Positions 9,198 to 19,900 of a DNA stretch of 48,882 bases are shown here, piece after piece. Below the pieces are notes generated by a model, which saw only the letters and a program-made list of their open reading frames with translations, searched no databases and had not been told where the DNA came from. Source of the stretch: Burkholderiales bacterium. Lineage in GTDB: Bacteria > Pseudomonadota > Gammaproteobacteria > Burkholderiales > JACMKV01. Within the stretch, counting starts at the first letter, position 1, and every line of letters starts with the position of its first letter. The position numbers and the translations under genes were made by a program. The DNA lies in the NCBI GenBank assembly GCA_013695435.1, contig JACDAM010000297.1, positions 1-48,882 of the forward strand. The letters are read 5' to 3'.

Positions 9198-10328
9198 TCA
9201 TATCCTCCCCGCGTGAATATAGCCTGCCCGGTACCATTGGTAAAGCAGTGCCTCGCCATCCCTCTCAAGAATCAGGGGAGGCGCAAGCTCGCGGCGATCG
9301 GCGAGTTGCCTGAGCGCCGCAAAGCCAAAACCCGGCTTGCCGCGTTCGCCGTTGATGTACAGGGCATCGGCATCGAACAGCATGCGGGTTTTCAGATCGA
9401 GATGGATGCCGTGCTGGCGAATCGCCGCCGCCCAGCGTTTTGATGGCATCGGCCGCAGCGGCGCTTCGAAAAAGACATCGTTGCCGGGTTCGGTCAGAAA
9501 CTGGCCGATAAATGCGAGGATGTCGTCGCTGCCCCACGAAATCGTTTCCAGCATCGCGCTGATCCTGCGCTGCATGTCGCGGCTGATGAGGGCTGGATGC
9601 CGCTGCGGCTTCAGGTCGGCATCCTGATACATGCCCGCGAACTCGAGCCGGTCGCGCAGAAAATCCAGGAAACCAACGCCGATTTCGGCGGCGCTCGGCG
9701 CATAAAAGCCGATCGAATACGTGATGCATTCATCGACGGCAATGCCGTCGTGGGCGTAATGCGGCGGCAGATACAGCATATCGCCGCAGTCGAGCAGCGA
9801 TTCTTGCTCGCTGCGAAAGTTTTTTAGAATCTTGAGCGGCAGCTCGTTTCGCAACGACAGATCCTGCTGCGCGCTGATGCGCCAGCGCCGCATTCCGGGC
9901 CCTTGCAGCAAAAACACGTCGTAGGAATCGAAATGCGGCCCGACGCCGCCGCCATCGCTGGCGTAGCTTGCCATCACGTCGTCGAGTCGCGCGGTCGGCA
10001 GAAAGCCGAATTCGAGGCGCAAGCTGCTGGCTTGCGGCAGAACGCGGTCCAGGCCATTGATGAGCAGTGTCCAGCCGCCCGGCGGAAGCCTCCGGAAATC
10101 GCGTTTGTCGAATGGCCCGCGCCGCAACTGCCAGCGCCCGCGCTCGCGTAGCACAAGGCGCGATTCGAGGTCATCGCGCGCGGAAAGCTCCATCAATACA
10201 TGGCGGTCGATGCCCTTCAGCCTTTCGGCTAAATCGGGTATGGCGTGGCGCACGAGCAGAGGTTTTTTTTGCCAATGCTCGCGCAGAAATTTCCGCGTCG
10301 AAAGTTTTCCGAGTAGCGTATCCTTCAT
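9198..10328 (-). CDS. roxA: cupin-4/JmjC ribosomal protein oxygenase (YcfD/RoxA-like)
   Basis: 376 aa. N-terminus FLREHWQKKPLLVRHAIP and HFDSYDVFLLQ (HxD) are typical of YcfD-type 2OG oxygenases. Confidence 0.8.
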   Translation of the reverse strand: MKDTLLGKLSTRKFLREHWQKKPLLVRHAIPDLAERLKGIDRHVLMELSARDDLESRLVLRERGRWQLRRGPFDKRDFRRLPPGGWTLLINGLDRVLPQASSLRLEFGFLPTARLDDVMASYASDGGGVGPHFDSYDVFLLQGPGMRRWRISAQQDLSLRNELPLKILKNFRSEQESLLDCGDMLYLPPHYAHDGIAVDECITYSIGFYAPSAAEIGVGFLDFLRDRLEFAGMYQDADLKPQRHPALISRDMQRRISAMLETISWGSDDILAFIGQFLTEPGNDVFFEAPLRPMPSKRWAAAIRQHGIHLDLKTRMLFDADALYINGERGKPGFGFAALRQLADRRELAPPLILERDGEALLYQWYRAGYIHAGRI

Positions 10329-10550
10329 CGATGGAATTTACGTTCGATGGTTAAAATGATGCGGCAACAAAAGCCTCGCGCCGGATTAAAATCGGTTAGA
10401 ATTTCCGCGAAACTTGGCGAAACTTCTTTTGCGTTGCAAGTCGAAAAATCAGATCCCCGTTTTCATCGCAGGCATTAGGCTTTTCATGTCTCTCATAGGC
10501 GTTTCGCTGGTTCCTGGTATGTCTCGTTGCGAGGTTTAGGCGGAGTATTT

Positions 10551-11030
10551 ATGCTGCAAGCAGGACAGCGTGCGCCCGAGGTCGATTTGCCGAACGCCGA
10601 TATGCAAATGGTCAGCCTGGCGAGCTTCAAAGGTAAACGTAACGTCGTGCTGTATTTCTATCCGAAAGACGATACGCCCGGTTGTACGATCCAGGCTATC
10701 GATTTCAGCGATCACGAAAGCGACTTTGCCGATTTCGATACGGTCGTGCTCGGCGTTTCCATGGACGATTGCTTGAGCCACGGCTCTTTCTCCGACAAGC
10801 ATGGTTTGAGCGTGCAATTGCTCGCTGACGCGGACGGCGAAATCTGCAGGCAGTTTGACGTATTGCATACCAAGGAAGCCGAGGGCAGGAAAAAAGTCTG
10901 CATCATGCGATCGACCTTCATCATCGATAAACACGGCGTGCTGCGCCATGCGCTGTACGGCGTCAGCGCCCGCGGGCACGCGGCTGAGATGCTGAGGCTG
11001 GTCAAAAAATTGAATAGTCATGGAAATTAA
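10551..11030 (+). CDS. bcp: peroxiredoxin Bcp (thiol peroxidase)
   Basis: GQRAPEVDLPN...VVLYFYPKDDTPGCT active-site motif. ATG at 10551 has an upstream aggcggag SD. Confidence 0.88.
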   Translation: MLQAGQRAPEVDLPNADMQMVSLASFKGKRNVVLYFYPKDDTPGCTIQAIDFSDHESDFADFDTVVLGVSMDDCLSHGSFSDKHGLSVQLLADADGEICRQFDVLHTKEAEGRKKVCIMRSTFIIDKHGVLRHALYGVSARGHAAEMLRLVKKLNSHGN

Positions 11031-11499
11031 AAAAGATACGGTTGTTTCGCTGGCGTACGAGATCTCGAACCTGGAAGGCGAAGTCGTCGAAAAAACCGAA
11101 AAGCCGATCAGCTATCTGCATGGCGGCTACGACGGGATTTTTCCGTTGGTCGAGGAAGCGCTGCACGGCCAGAAGTCCGGCTACGCGTGTCAGCTCAAGC
11201 TCGAGCCGGATGACGCATTCGGCGAGTACGACAGCGATCTCGTGCGGGTCGAGCCGCGCGCTCTTTTCCCGGATGATATCCAGATCGGCATGCAGTTTGA
11301 AGGCGGTGCGGAAGACTCGGACGACATGAGCCTGTATACGATCACCGATATTGCTGATGGCAAGGTCGTCGTCGATGGCAATCATCCGTTCGCCGGGCAG
11401 GTGCTCGTGTTTTCGTGCACGGTAGAAGACGTACGCCCTGCGACGCGTGAAGAACTGGCGCATGGCCACGTGCATGGCGGAGACGGACATGACCATTGA
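11020..11499 (+). CDS. slyD: FKBP-type peptidyl-prolyl isomerase SlyD
   Basis: MEIKKDTVVSLAYEI...YLHGG...VVDGNHPFAGQVLVF and a His-rich tail HGHVHGGDGHDH. Confidence 0.88.
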   Translation: MEIKKDTVVSLAYEISNLEGEVVEKTEKPISYLHGGYDGIFPLVEEALHGQKSGYACQLKLEPDDAFGEYDSDLVRVEPRALFPDDIQIGMQFEGGAEDSDDMSLYTITDIADGKVVVDGNHPFAGQVLVFSCTVEDVRPATREELAHGHVHGGDGHDH

Positions 11500-11587
11500 A
11501 GCGGGAGCCAGGAAGGAAGCAGGAGCCAGGAAGCAGGGGGGGCCGGATTCAGAGTACAGGATCGGAACCCTGACCTCTGAATGGCCG

Positions 11588-12370
11588 CTAGTCGATATGC
11601 GGCTCGATAATCCGCAGTAACTGGGCAAAAATCTTCGGAGTGCCGGCGATCAGATTGCCGCTCGCCATATAGCCCTCATCGCCTCTCAAGTCGCCGACCA
11701 ACCCTCCAGCCTCGGTAATCAGCAATGCGCCGGCGGCCATGTCCCACGGCGCCAGGTCGAATTCCCAGAATCCGTCGAGACGGCCCGCGGCGACATAAGC
11801 CAGATCCAGCGCAGCCGAACCAGGACGCCGCATCCCCGCTGTTTTACCAAGCAGTTCGCGAAAGATGGCAAGGTAGCGATCGACCCGCGTAAGCTCCCGA
11901 AACGGAAAACCCGTGCCGATCAGGCTTTCCTGCAGCCTGATGCGTTTGCTGACGCGAAGACGCTGGTCGTTGAGATAAGCGCCGGCGCCGCGGCTGGCCG
12001 TAAACAGATCGTTGCGGCCCGGATCGAACACGACCGCGTGCGTGAGCACACCCTGGTGAGCGAGTGCGATCGACACCGCATATTGCGGAAAGCCGTGCAG
12101 GAAATTGGTTGTGCCGTCGAGGGGATCGATGATCCACTGGTATTCCGAGTCGCCGGCCGCGCCGCTCTCTTCTGCTAGAATCGAATGCTTCGGGTAAGCC
12201 CGCAGCAGCATGTCGATGATGGCGCTTTCCGCTTCACGATCGACCTCCGAAACGAAATCGTTTGCCGCTTTGTGTTCGACAGTCAGGATGTCGAGATTGC
12301 GCGACGCACGGTTGATGATGCCGCCGGCGCGGCGCGCGGCTTTGACAGCCGTATTGAGCATGGGATGCAT
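11588..12370 (-). CDS. suhB: inositol monophosphatase family protein SuhB
   Basis: [16 protein letters not shown]...EESG...[12 protein letters not shown] motifs. Divergent from trmJ as in E. coli. Start at 12370 rather than the ORF-track 12538. Confidence 0.9.
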   Translation of the reverse strand: MHPMLNTAVKAARRAGGIINRASRNLDILTVEHKAANDFVSEVDREAESAIIDMLLRAYPKHSILAEESGAAGDSEYQWIIDPLDGTTNFLHGFPQYAVSIALAHQGVLTHAVVFDPGRNDLFTASRGAGAYLNDQRLRVSKRIRLQESLIGTGFPFRELTRVDRYLAIFRELLGKTAGMRRPGSAALDLAYVAAGRLDGFWEFDLAPWDMAAGALLITEAGGLVGDLRGDEGYMASGNLIAGTPKIFAQLLRIIEPHID

Positions 12371-12440
12371 TGCAGGATCTGTCGTGCTGATGCCGGGGGG
12401 GCGTTGATACAGGTGAAAAAACGCGGATCGCCATTCTAAT

Positions 12441-13187
12441 ATGAATGGCGCCGATCTGCTCGACCGCGTCCGTGTGGTGTTATCGCATACCACGCATCCT
12501 GGCAACATCGGCGCGACCGCGCGCGCCATGAAAACCATGGGCGTGAGCCGGCTCTATCTGATCAATCCGAAAATTTTTCCGGCCGAGGAAGCCAATGCGC
12601 GCGCCGCTGGCGCTGAAGACCTGCTGTGCGCCGCGACGGTATGCGCCAGCCTCGATCAAGCGCTGGCCGGGACCGTCGTCGCGGTGGCCTGCAGCGGCCG
12701 CCATCGCGATCTGAGCCATCCGCAACTGACGCCGCCCGAAGCTGCTGCAACACTGATCGATTACGCGCATGATGGCGAGGTCGCTCTCGTATTCGGCACC
12801 GAGATATCGGGCCTGACGACAGCGGAGGTGATGAAATGCCGATGGTTGTCGCGGATTCCGGCCAACCCGGCGTACTCATCGCTAAATCTCGCCGCCGCCG
12901 TGCAGGTGATGGCGTATGAGATGCGGAACGCGGCTTTCGCGAAAGCAGAATCAGGACGGGCGTCACCGGCCGCACTGTCTGCCGGGTTGCGCAGCGGCGA
13001 GCCGGCGAGCTTCGACGAAATCGAAATGTTTTATCGACAGCTGGAACAAAAAATGATCGTGATCGGCTTTCTAGACCCCGCCAACCCGAAGCGGCTGATG
13101 CAGCGCATGCGCCGGCTGTTTGCGCGCAGCGGTCTGGAGAAGGAAGAAGTCAACATCCTGCGCGGCATATTGAGCGCGATCAAGTAG
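12441..13187 (+). CDS. trmJ: tRNA (cytidine/uridine-2'-O)-methyltransferase TrmJ
   Basis: SpoU/TrmH fold: [24 protein letters not shown]...[10 protein letters not shown]...[16 protein letters not shown]. Confidence 0.85.
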   Translation: MNGADLLDRVRVVLSHTTHPGNIGATARAMKTMGVSRLYLINPKIFPAEEANARAAGAEDLLCAATVCASLDQALAGTVVAVACSGRHRDLSHPQLTPPEAAATLIDYAHDGEVALVFGTEISGLTTAEVMKCRWLSRIPANPAYSSLNLAAAVQVMAYEMRNAAFAKAESGRASPAALSAGLRSGEPASFDEIEMFYRQLEQKMIVIGFLDPANPKRLMQRMRRLFARSGLEKEEVNILRGILSAIK

Positions 13188-13237
13188 TCAACTACCATGT
13201 TGCTCCGAATTTTTTACTCAAGCGGATAGCGCAACCA

Positions 13238-13990
13238 ATGCTTGAAAGAATCAAGGAGGAAATCGCCGTCGTGTTCGACCGCGACCCCGCAGCGCGCTCG
13301 ACGCTCGAAGTCATCACGTGCTATCCGGGCTTTCACGCGCTGCTCGTGCACCGCGTATCGAGCCGCCTTTGGCTCTGGAATTTCAAGTTGCTTGCGCGCT
13401 TCGTCTCGCATATCGGCCGCGCCCTGACAGGCATCGAAATCCATCCGGGGGCGCGTATCGGCCGGCGTTTTTTCATCGACCACGGTATGGGCGTGGTCAT
13501 AGGCGAGACTGCAGAGATCGGCGACGACTGCACGCTTTATCACGGCGTAACGCTTGGCGGCACATCGTGGAACAGTGGCAAGCGCCATCCAACGCTCGGC
13601 CGCGGCGTCGTCATCGGCGCCGGCGCCAAGGTGCTGGGTCCGATTTTGATTGGCGAAGGCGCCCGTATCGGGTCGAACGCGGTGGTGGTAAAACCGGTTC
13701 CGGCGCGCGCGACAGCAGTCGGCATACCGGCGCGTATCATCGATGACGAGCAGGATGCGATGCGCGCCAAATCCGCCGAGAATATGGGATTCTCGGCCTA
13801 TGCGATCAGCAAGGACGTGAACGATCCGCTGGCCAAGGCGATTCACGGCCTGCTCGATCACAGCGTCAGCACCGACGCCCGCCTCGAACGCATTCTGGCG
13901 CAGCTCGAACGTTTAGGCGTGACTGTGGAAGACGATCGCGCCGTAGCCGACAAATTCGATCCGAACTATCTGAACAAGATTGTGGACTGA
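13238..13990 (+). CDS. cysE: serine O-acetyltransferase
   Basis: [22 protein letters not shown]...[28 protein letters not shown] hexapeptide repeats. Confidence 0.9.
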   Translation: MLERIKEEIAVVFDRDPAARSTLEVITCYPGFHALLVHRVSSRLWLWNFKLLARFVSHIGRALTGIEIHPGARIGRRFFIDHGMGVVIGETAEIGDDCTLYHGVTLGGTSWNSGKRHPTLGRGVVIGAGAKVLGPILIGEGARIGSNAVVVKPVPARATAVGIPARIIDDEQDAMRAKSAENMGFSAYAISKDVNDPLAKAIHGLLDHSVSTDARLERILAQLERLGVTVEDDRAVADKFDPNYLNKIVD

Positions 13991-14011
13991 GACAACTCTG
14001 AATCGAATGCC

Positions 14012-15151
14012 ATGATCTATCTCGACTACAACGCGACGACGCCGCTGGATCCGAAAGTATTCGAGGCGATGACGCCGTATCTGCGCGAGCAGTATGGCAA
14101 CGCTTCGAGCCGGCATGGCCTCGGCACGGCCGCTCGCGCGGCGGTGAATCGGGCGCGCGAGCAAGTGGCGGCGGCGGTCAACGCGCAGCCGGCGCAGGTT
14201 GTGTTCACGAGCGGCGGCACCGAGGCGAACAATCTGTTCATCAAGGGCGCGGCAGGCTATCTTAAGCCGTCGCAGATCGTGATCAGCCCGGTCGAGCATC
14301 CAAGCGTTGCGCGCCCTGCGCACGAGTTGGCGCGCGCCGGCTGGAAGCCGCGCGTGCTCAAGGTCGATGACGCTGGAAAAATAGATGAAGCCGACGTTAC
14401 GCGCGCGCTGCAGGAGCCGACCGGGCTGATGTCGGCCATGCTCGTAAATAATGAAACCGGTGGGGTGCAAGACGTCGCTGCGATTGCCGAGCAGGCGCGC
14501 GCCCAGCGGGCCTGGATACATACCGACGCAGTGCAGGCCTTCGGCAAAATGGCGGTCGATTTCGGCGACCTAAACGTGCATGCGATGACGATATCGTCGC
14601 ACAAGATTTACGGGCCGAAAGGCGCGGCCGCGCTGGTCCTCGACAAGCGCATCGAACTGCAGGCGATCATCGTTGGCGGCGGGCACGAACGCGGATTGCG
14701 TTCGGGAACCGAAAATGTGCCCGCGATCGTCGGCTTCGGCGCGGCCTGCGAATTGGCGGTCGATCGCCTCACCCCTCTTGGGGTCAGGCTGGTCGCATTG
14801 CGCGAACGCCTCGAACGCCGCTTGCGCGGGCTGGAAGCGATGATTTTTGGCGCGGGCGCGGAACGCATTCCGAACACCAGTTATTTCGCGTTTCCGGGCA
14901 TCGACGGTGAAACACTGGTCGTGGAACTCGATCGAGCGGGCTTCGCGGTCGCCAGCGGCTCTGCCTGTTCGAGCACCAGCACCGAGCCGAGCCCGACGCT
15001 GCTCGCGATGGGCGTAGACCCCGCGCTGGCGCGCTGCGCGGTGCGCGTCAGTCTGGGCCGCGGCAACAACGCCAATCAGGTCGACCATTTTCTGAAAGCC
15101 CTGGAGGCGATCGTCAGGCAGATGAAACGCATGTCGTCGCTCGCGGTCTGA
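14012..15151 (+). CDS. cysteine desulfurase (NifS/IscS-like, group I)
   Basis: [11 protein letters not shown]..., PLP-lysine [10 protein letters not shown], catalytic loop SGSACSS. At 379 aa it lacks the IscS C-terminal tail. Confidence 0.88.
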   Translation: MIYLDYNATTPLDPKVFEAMTPYLREQYGNASSRHGLGTAARAAVNRAREQVAAAVNAQPAQVVFTSGGTEANNLFIKGAAGYLKPSQIVISPVEHPSVARPAHELARAGWKPRVLKVDDAGKIDEADVTRALQEPTGLMSAMLVNNETGGVQDVAAIAEQARAQRAWIHTDAVQAFGKMAVDFGDLNVHAMTISSHKIYGPKGAAALVLDKRIELQAIIVGGGHERGLRSGTENVPAIVGFGAACELAVDRLTPLGVRLVALRERLERRLRGLEAMIFGAGAERIPNTSYFAFPGIDGETLVVELDRAGFAVASGSACSSTSTEPSPTLLAMGVDPALARCAVRVSLGRGNNANQVDHFLKALEAIVRQMKRMSSLAV

Positions 15152-15221
15152 TGCGGCAGGAAACACGATTCCACGCAAGCACGAACCCATTTATGAATTA
15201 TCAACGATAGAGGTTGCAGCA

Positions 15222-15542
15222 ATGATTACACTCACCGAAAACGCGGCACGGCACGTGCGAAACCAGCTATCGAAGCGTGGCAAGGGCGTCGGTCTGCGTC
15301 TGGCCGTGCGCACAGTCGGTTGTTCAGGGCTGGCGTATCAGGTCGATTTTGCCGACGTACCGGGGGTTGGCGACGTGCGGTTCGAAAACCACGGCGTTAC
15401 TGTATTCGTCGATCCGAAAAGCTTCGACGTTCTCGATGGCATGGAACTCGATTACGCGCGCGAGGGCTTGAAGGAAGGTTTCAAGTTCAACAATCCGAAC
15501 GTCAAAGCCGCGTGCGGATGCGGCGAAAGTTTCAGCGTTTAG
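15222..15542 (+). CDS. IscA/HesB/ErpA-family iron-sulfur cluster insertion protein
   Basis: 106 aa. [12 protein letters not shown]...GCSG...C-terminal CGCGESF motif. Confidence 0.85.
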   Translation: MITLTENAARHVRNQLSKRGKGVGLRLAVRTVGCSGLAYQVDFADVPGVGDVRFENHGVTVFVDPKSFDVLDGMELDYAREGLKEGFKFNNPNVKAACGCGESFSV

Positions 15543-15544
15543 GT

Positions 15545-16381
15545 TCAGTCAAACAAGTTCAGCACGCCGTCCAGCCCGGACTGGTTCAACGCATAGGTCG
15601 CGCGCTCGCGAACGACGGGTTTCGCGTGATAAGCGATGCTGATCCCCGCTTCGCCGAGCATCGGTATGTCGTTCGCGCCGTCACCGATCGCCATGATTCG
15701 ATCGCGCGTCAGTCCGAGATCGTTTCGTGCGCGTATCAACGCGGCAGCTTTACCGTTCGCGCCCAGAATCTGACCGAGTAATTTCCCGGTCAGTTTGCCA
15801 TTGCGGATTTCAAGCTGATTCGACGCGGTGAAATCGATGCCCAGCCGCATCTTCAGGCGTTCCGTAAAGAATGTGAAGCCGCCCGACACGAGCAGCGTCT
15901 TGATCCCGGCGCGCCGCATTGCCGCAAGCATCTGTTCCGCGCCCGGGCTCAAGCTCAGCCGCTCGTCATAGACGCGCTGTAATGCGCCTTCTTCCAAACC
16001 CCGCAGCAAGGCAACGCGCCGAGCCAGGCTTTCGGCGAAATCGACTTCGCCACGCATCGCCGCTGCGGTAATCGCGGCAACCTGCGGCTTCAGGCCATTT
16101 AAATCCGCAATCTCGTCTATGCACTCGATCGTGATCAGCGTCGAATCCATATCCATCGCCAGCAAGCCGATGTCAGCCAGGCGCGGATTTCCGCTAACGA
16201 ACGAGAAGTCGAGTTGCGCACGTGCGCAATAATCGGCGACGCCCGTTTCGCGCACTGCCCCGCGCAATCTGAAAGCTGAACCGGAAAGCCGTTCTATACT
16301 CGACGCGCCGCTAAGTTTCGCGACCGCTTTCGCATCAGCGAAAGTAATCGCAGGCGCTTGTATGACGAGGTCCATCGGCAT
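15545..16381 (-). CDS. serB: phosphoserine phosphatase SerB (HAD-IB)
   Basis: LLAMDMDSTLI (DxDST), VSGGF, GDGANDIPML motifs. 278 aa. Confidence 0.85.
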   Translation of the reverse strand: MPMDLVIQAPAITFADAKAVAKLSGASSIERLSGSAFRLRGAVRETGVADYCARAQLDFSFVSGNPRLADIGLLAMDMDSTLITIECIDEIADLNGLKPQVAAITAAAMRGEVDFAESLARRVALLRGLEEGALQRVYDERLSLSPGAEQMLAAMRRAGIKTLLVSGGFTFFTERLKMRLGIDFTASNQLEIRNGKLTGKLLGQILGANGKAAALIRARNDLGLTRDRIMAIGDGANDIPMLGEAGISIAYHAKPVVRERATYALNQSGLDGVLNLFD

Positions 16382-16391
16382 GCTGAAAATG

Positions 16392-16416
16392 AAACACCCC
16401 TCGACGAGGGGTGTTT
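16392..16416 (-). terminator. rho-independent terminator after psiF
   Basis: aaacacccctcg/cgaggggtgttt stem followed by a U-rich tract on the minus strand. Lies only 11 nt upstream of the serB ATG. Confidence 0.6.
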
Positions 16417-16429
16417 CGCGTGGCGTTGT

Positions 16430-16855
16430 TTAATTGGACAAGCAGGTTTTCATGAAAGCCTTGCGCTCTTCGCCAGCAAGTTTTTTCTTCGCGGCATCGG
16501 CGTTGCAAGTTTTCATTTTGCTCTGCTGCGCCGTCATCTTGTTGTCGTCCGCAGCCTCGGCTTTGGCCGACAAACATTCCTTCATGAAAGCCTTGCGCTC
16601 ATCGCCGGCCAAGTTTTTTTCCTTGGCGTCGGCGTTGCAAGTCTTCATCTTGCTCTGCTGATCAGTCGTCTTTGCATCGGCTTTGGCGTCGCTTTTGGCG
16701 GCCAGACAGGTTTTCATGAAAGCCTTGCGCTCATCGCCTTTCATATCTGCCGCCTGCTCGTTGCAGGCCTTCATTTTCGTTTGTTGCGGCGTTTGAGCGT
16801 AGGCGCACGGCAGCGCAAAAATGGACAGCGCCAGAAAAAGCGCGGATTTGGTCAT
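16430..16855 (-). CDS. psiF: PsiF-repeat periplasmic protein (three repeats)
   Basis: Signal peptide, then three copies of KMK(A/T)CN..A....L.GDERKAFMK.CL. Confidence 0.8.
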   Translation of the reverse strand: MTKSALFLALSIFALPCAYAQTPQQTKMKACNEQAADMKGDERKAFMKTCLAAKSDAKADAKTTDQQSKMKTCNADAKEKNLAGDERKAFMKECLSAKAEAADDNKMTAQQSKMKTCNADAAKKKLAGEERKAFMKTCLSN

Positions 16856-16920
16856 CTCTTTCTCCTCTGGAGGGCGGGTGGAATGTCAGTTTAGCAGAGC
16901 AGTCGCCGGATACGCGACAG

Positions 16921-19900
16921 TCATTCGGTGGCCGCGGTGCTTTTCGGTGAAAGTGCGCGCAGCAAATCGCGGATGGCGGCGATGCGTTCGTTGACTTCGG
17001 GCAGCGACGCTTGCATCCTCAACCGGTCGGGCCCGCCGAAACTAAGATCTCGTCTGCGCTGCACGAGTTCGAGGACCCGCGCCGGATCGATCGGCGGGTT
17101 CGGAATGAATTGCAACCGCATGGAGTCCGACGCCGCATCGATGCGTGCGATGCCGAGCGGTTTGGCGAGAATGCGCAGTTTGTGGGTTTCGAGCAGGCAT
17201 TTGGCTGGTTCGGGTAAAAGGCCGAAGCGGTCGATCAGTTCTTCGTGCACTGTTTCAAGTTGCGCCAGCGTTGCGCAATTGGCGAGTCGCTTGTACAGCA
17301 CCAGGCGCTCGTGCACATCGTTGCAATAATCGGGCGGCAGCAACACCGGCGCATGCAGATTGATCTCGGTGGTGACCCCAAGCGGCGCCGACAGGTCGGG
17401 CTCGAGGCCAAGTTTCAGCGATTTGACCGCGCTGTTCAACATTTCGGCGTACAGATTGAAGCCGATTTCATGCATCTCGCCGCTTTGCGATTCGCCGAGG
17501 ACCTCGCCGGCCCCGCGGATTTCAAGGTCGTGCATTGCGAGATAAAAGCCGGCGCCGAGCTCTTCCATCGCCTGAATCGCCTCGAGTCGTTTGCGCGCTT
17601 GCGCGGTGATCTGCTGTTCATCGGGCGTCAGCAAATATGCGTAGGCCTGGTGATGCGAACGGCCAACGCGGCCGCGCAACTGGTGCAATTGCGCGAGCCC
17701 GAATTTGTCGGCGCGGTGCATGATAATCGTGTTCGCGGTCGGAATATCGATACCGGTTTCGATGATGGTGGTGCACAACAGTACGTTGAAACGCTGCTGA
17801 TAAAAATCGCGCATAACGAGCTCGAGTTCGCGCTCACGCATCTGGCCGTGCGCGACGCGAATGCGCGCTTCCGGCAGCAGTCTGGTCAAGCGCGCTTCAA
17901 CGTTGTTGATGGTGTCGATCTCGTTGTGCAAATAATAAATCTGACCGCCACGCTTCAACTCGCGCAGGGCCGCTTCGCGCACCAAGCCATCGCTGTAGTT
18001 GGCGACGAACGTTTTGATCGCAAGCCGGCGCTGCGGCGCAGTCGCTATAACCGAAAAATCGCGCAGACCCTCGAGCGCCATGGCGAGTGTGCGCGGAATC
18101 GGCGTCGCCGTCAGGGTCAATACGTCGACCTCAGCGCGCAACGCTTTCAACTGTTCTTTCTGGCGCACGCCGAAGCGGTGTTCCTCATCGATGATGACTA
18201 GGCCGAGGCGTGCGAACTTGACGTTTTTCTGGATCAGCTTGTGCGTGCCGATCGCAATATCGATCTTTCCGTCAGCCAGACCCATAAGCGCTGCCGTTTG
18301 TTCCTTCACCGAGCGAAAGCGGGATAACTCGACAATCCGGACCGGCCATTCGCTGAAGCGGTCGGAAAAATTCTGGAAATGCTGTTCGGCAAGCAGCGTC
18401 GTCGGCACCAGCACCGCGACCTGTTTGCCATCCATCATCGCGATGAACGCCGCGCGCAAAGCGACCTCGGTCTTGCCGAAGCCGACATCGCCGCAGATCA
18501 ACCGATCCATCGGTTTGCCGGCGCGCAGGTCGTCGATCACGGCCTGGATTGCAGCTGCCTGATCGGGCGTTTCCTCGAACGGGAAGGCTTCGGTAAACGC
18601 ATCGTAATTGTGCTGATTGACGGTGAATGCATGACCTACGCGCGCAGCGCGCTGCGCATACAGGTTCAACAGCTCGGCGGCGGTGTCGCGGATTTGTGCC
18701 GCGGCGCGGCGTTTCGCCTTGTCCCAGTGTCCGCTGCCGAGCCGATGCAGGGGCGCAGCCTCAGCCGGACCGCCGCTGTATCGGCTGATCAAATGGAGTT
18801 GCGCAACCGGCACGTAGAGCTTGTCGTTGCTTTCGTACTGCAGCGACAGGAACTCGGTCTCGCCTTCGCCGAGATTCATATTGGTCAAGCCGAGATAGCG
18901 GCCGATGCCGTGCTGTTCGTGTACGACCGGATCGCCGATTTTGACCTCGAACAAATCGCGCAACACGTTTTCGGTCGACACCCGGCGGACGCCGTCGCGA
19001 GCGCTTCGGGTGCGCGCCTGCCTTGCGTAAAGCTCGGTTTCGGTAATGAACGCCAAGCCGGCTTTCGGCAATGCAAAGCCATTTGCCAAAGGCGCTGCCG
19101 CAATCATCAAGCGCGCTTCGCTGCGCATGAATTCGTTATAGTCGGCAACGATTACCGGCTGCACGCCGTAGCTTCGCAGATAGTCGCTGAGCGTTTCGCG
19201 CCGACCCGCGCTTTCGGCAACCAGCAGCGCGCGGCCCTTGAATCCTGCGAGATAGGCCTTCAGATTGGCCAGAGGATCATCGGCGCGTCGCTCGACGGTC
19301 AATGTCGGCAATGCGGACGTCGCGTTCACCGAAGGACCGCTGGCCGCCGGCCTGGCCCCTTCCTCCGCCACTACGGAAGTATCAGCGTCGGCGGAGAATT
19401 CGATTCGCGCAAACGGTTTGATCGCGCTGAAGAATGCGTCGGTGGTCAGAAAAAGCTCGGTCGGCTGCAGGAGCGGACGGTCGCGATCGCCGCGCAGCAG
19501 TTCGTAACGCGAGCCCGTCTCCTTCCAGAAGTGCTCGGCTGCGCCCATCAGATCGCGGTGCAAGCATAACGTCGCATTGGCCGGCAGGTAATCGGTGACG
19601 CGATCGGTCTGCTCGAAAAACAGCGGCAAATAATATTCGATGCCGGGCGGCGCGAGGCCTTGGCTAACGTCCTTGTACATGCGGCTTTTCGACGGATCGC
19701 CTTCGAACTTCTCGCGGAAATTCAGCCGGAAACGCGTTTGCCCCGCATTGTCGAGCGGAAATTCGCGCGCCGGCAGCAGCCGGATTTCGTTGACGTTGTA
19801 GATGCTGCGCTGGGTATCGACGTCGAAAGTGCGTAGGGTTTCAATTTCGTCGTCGAGCAGATCGATGCGATACGGCAATGCGCTGCCCATCGGAAACAGA

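Noticed and set aside
16358-16894. 178-aa plus-strand ORF with internal repeats.
   Set aside because: It is a mirror image of the three PsiF repeats. The minus-strand frame has a signal peptide, PsiF motifs, an SD and a terminator.
16856-16920. Pho box upstream of psiF (psiF is Pho-regulated in E. coli).
   Set aside because: Only one CTGTC(G) half-site is present. The second half-site 11 nt away does not match, so the evidence is insufficient.
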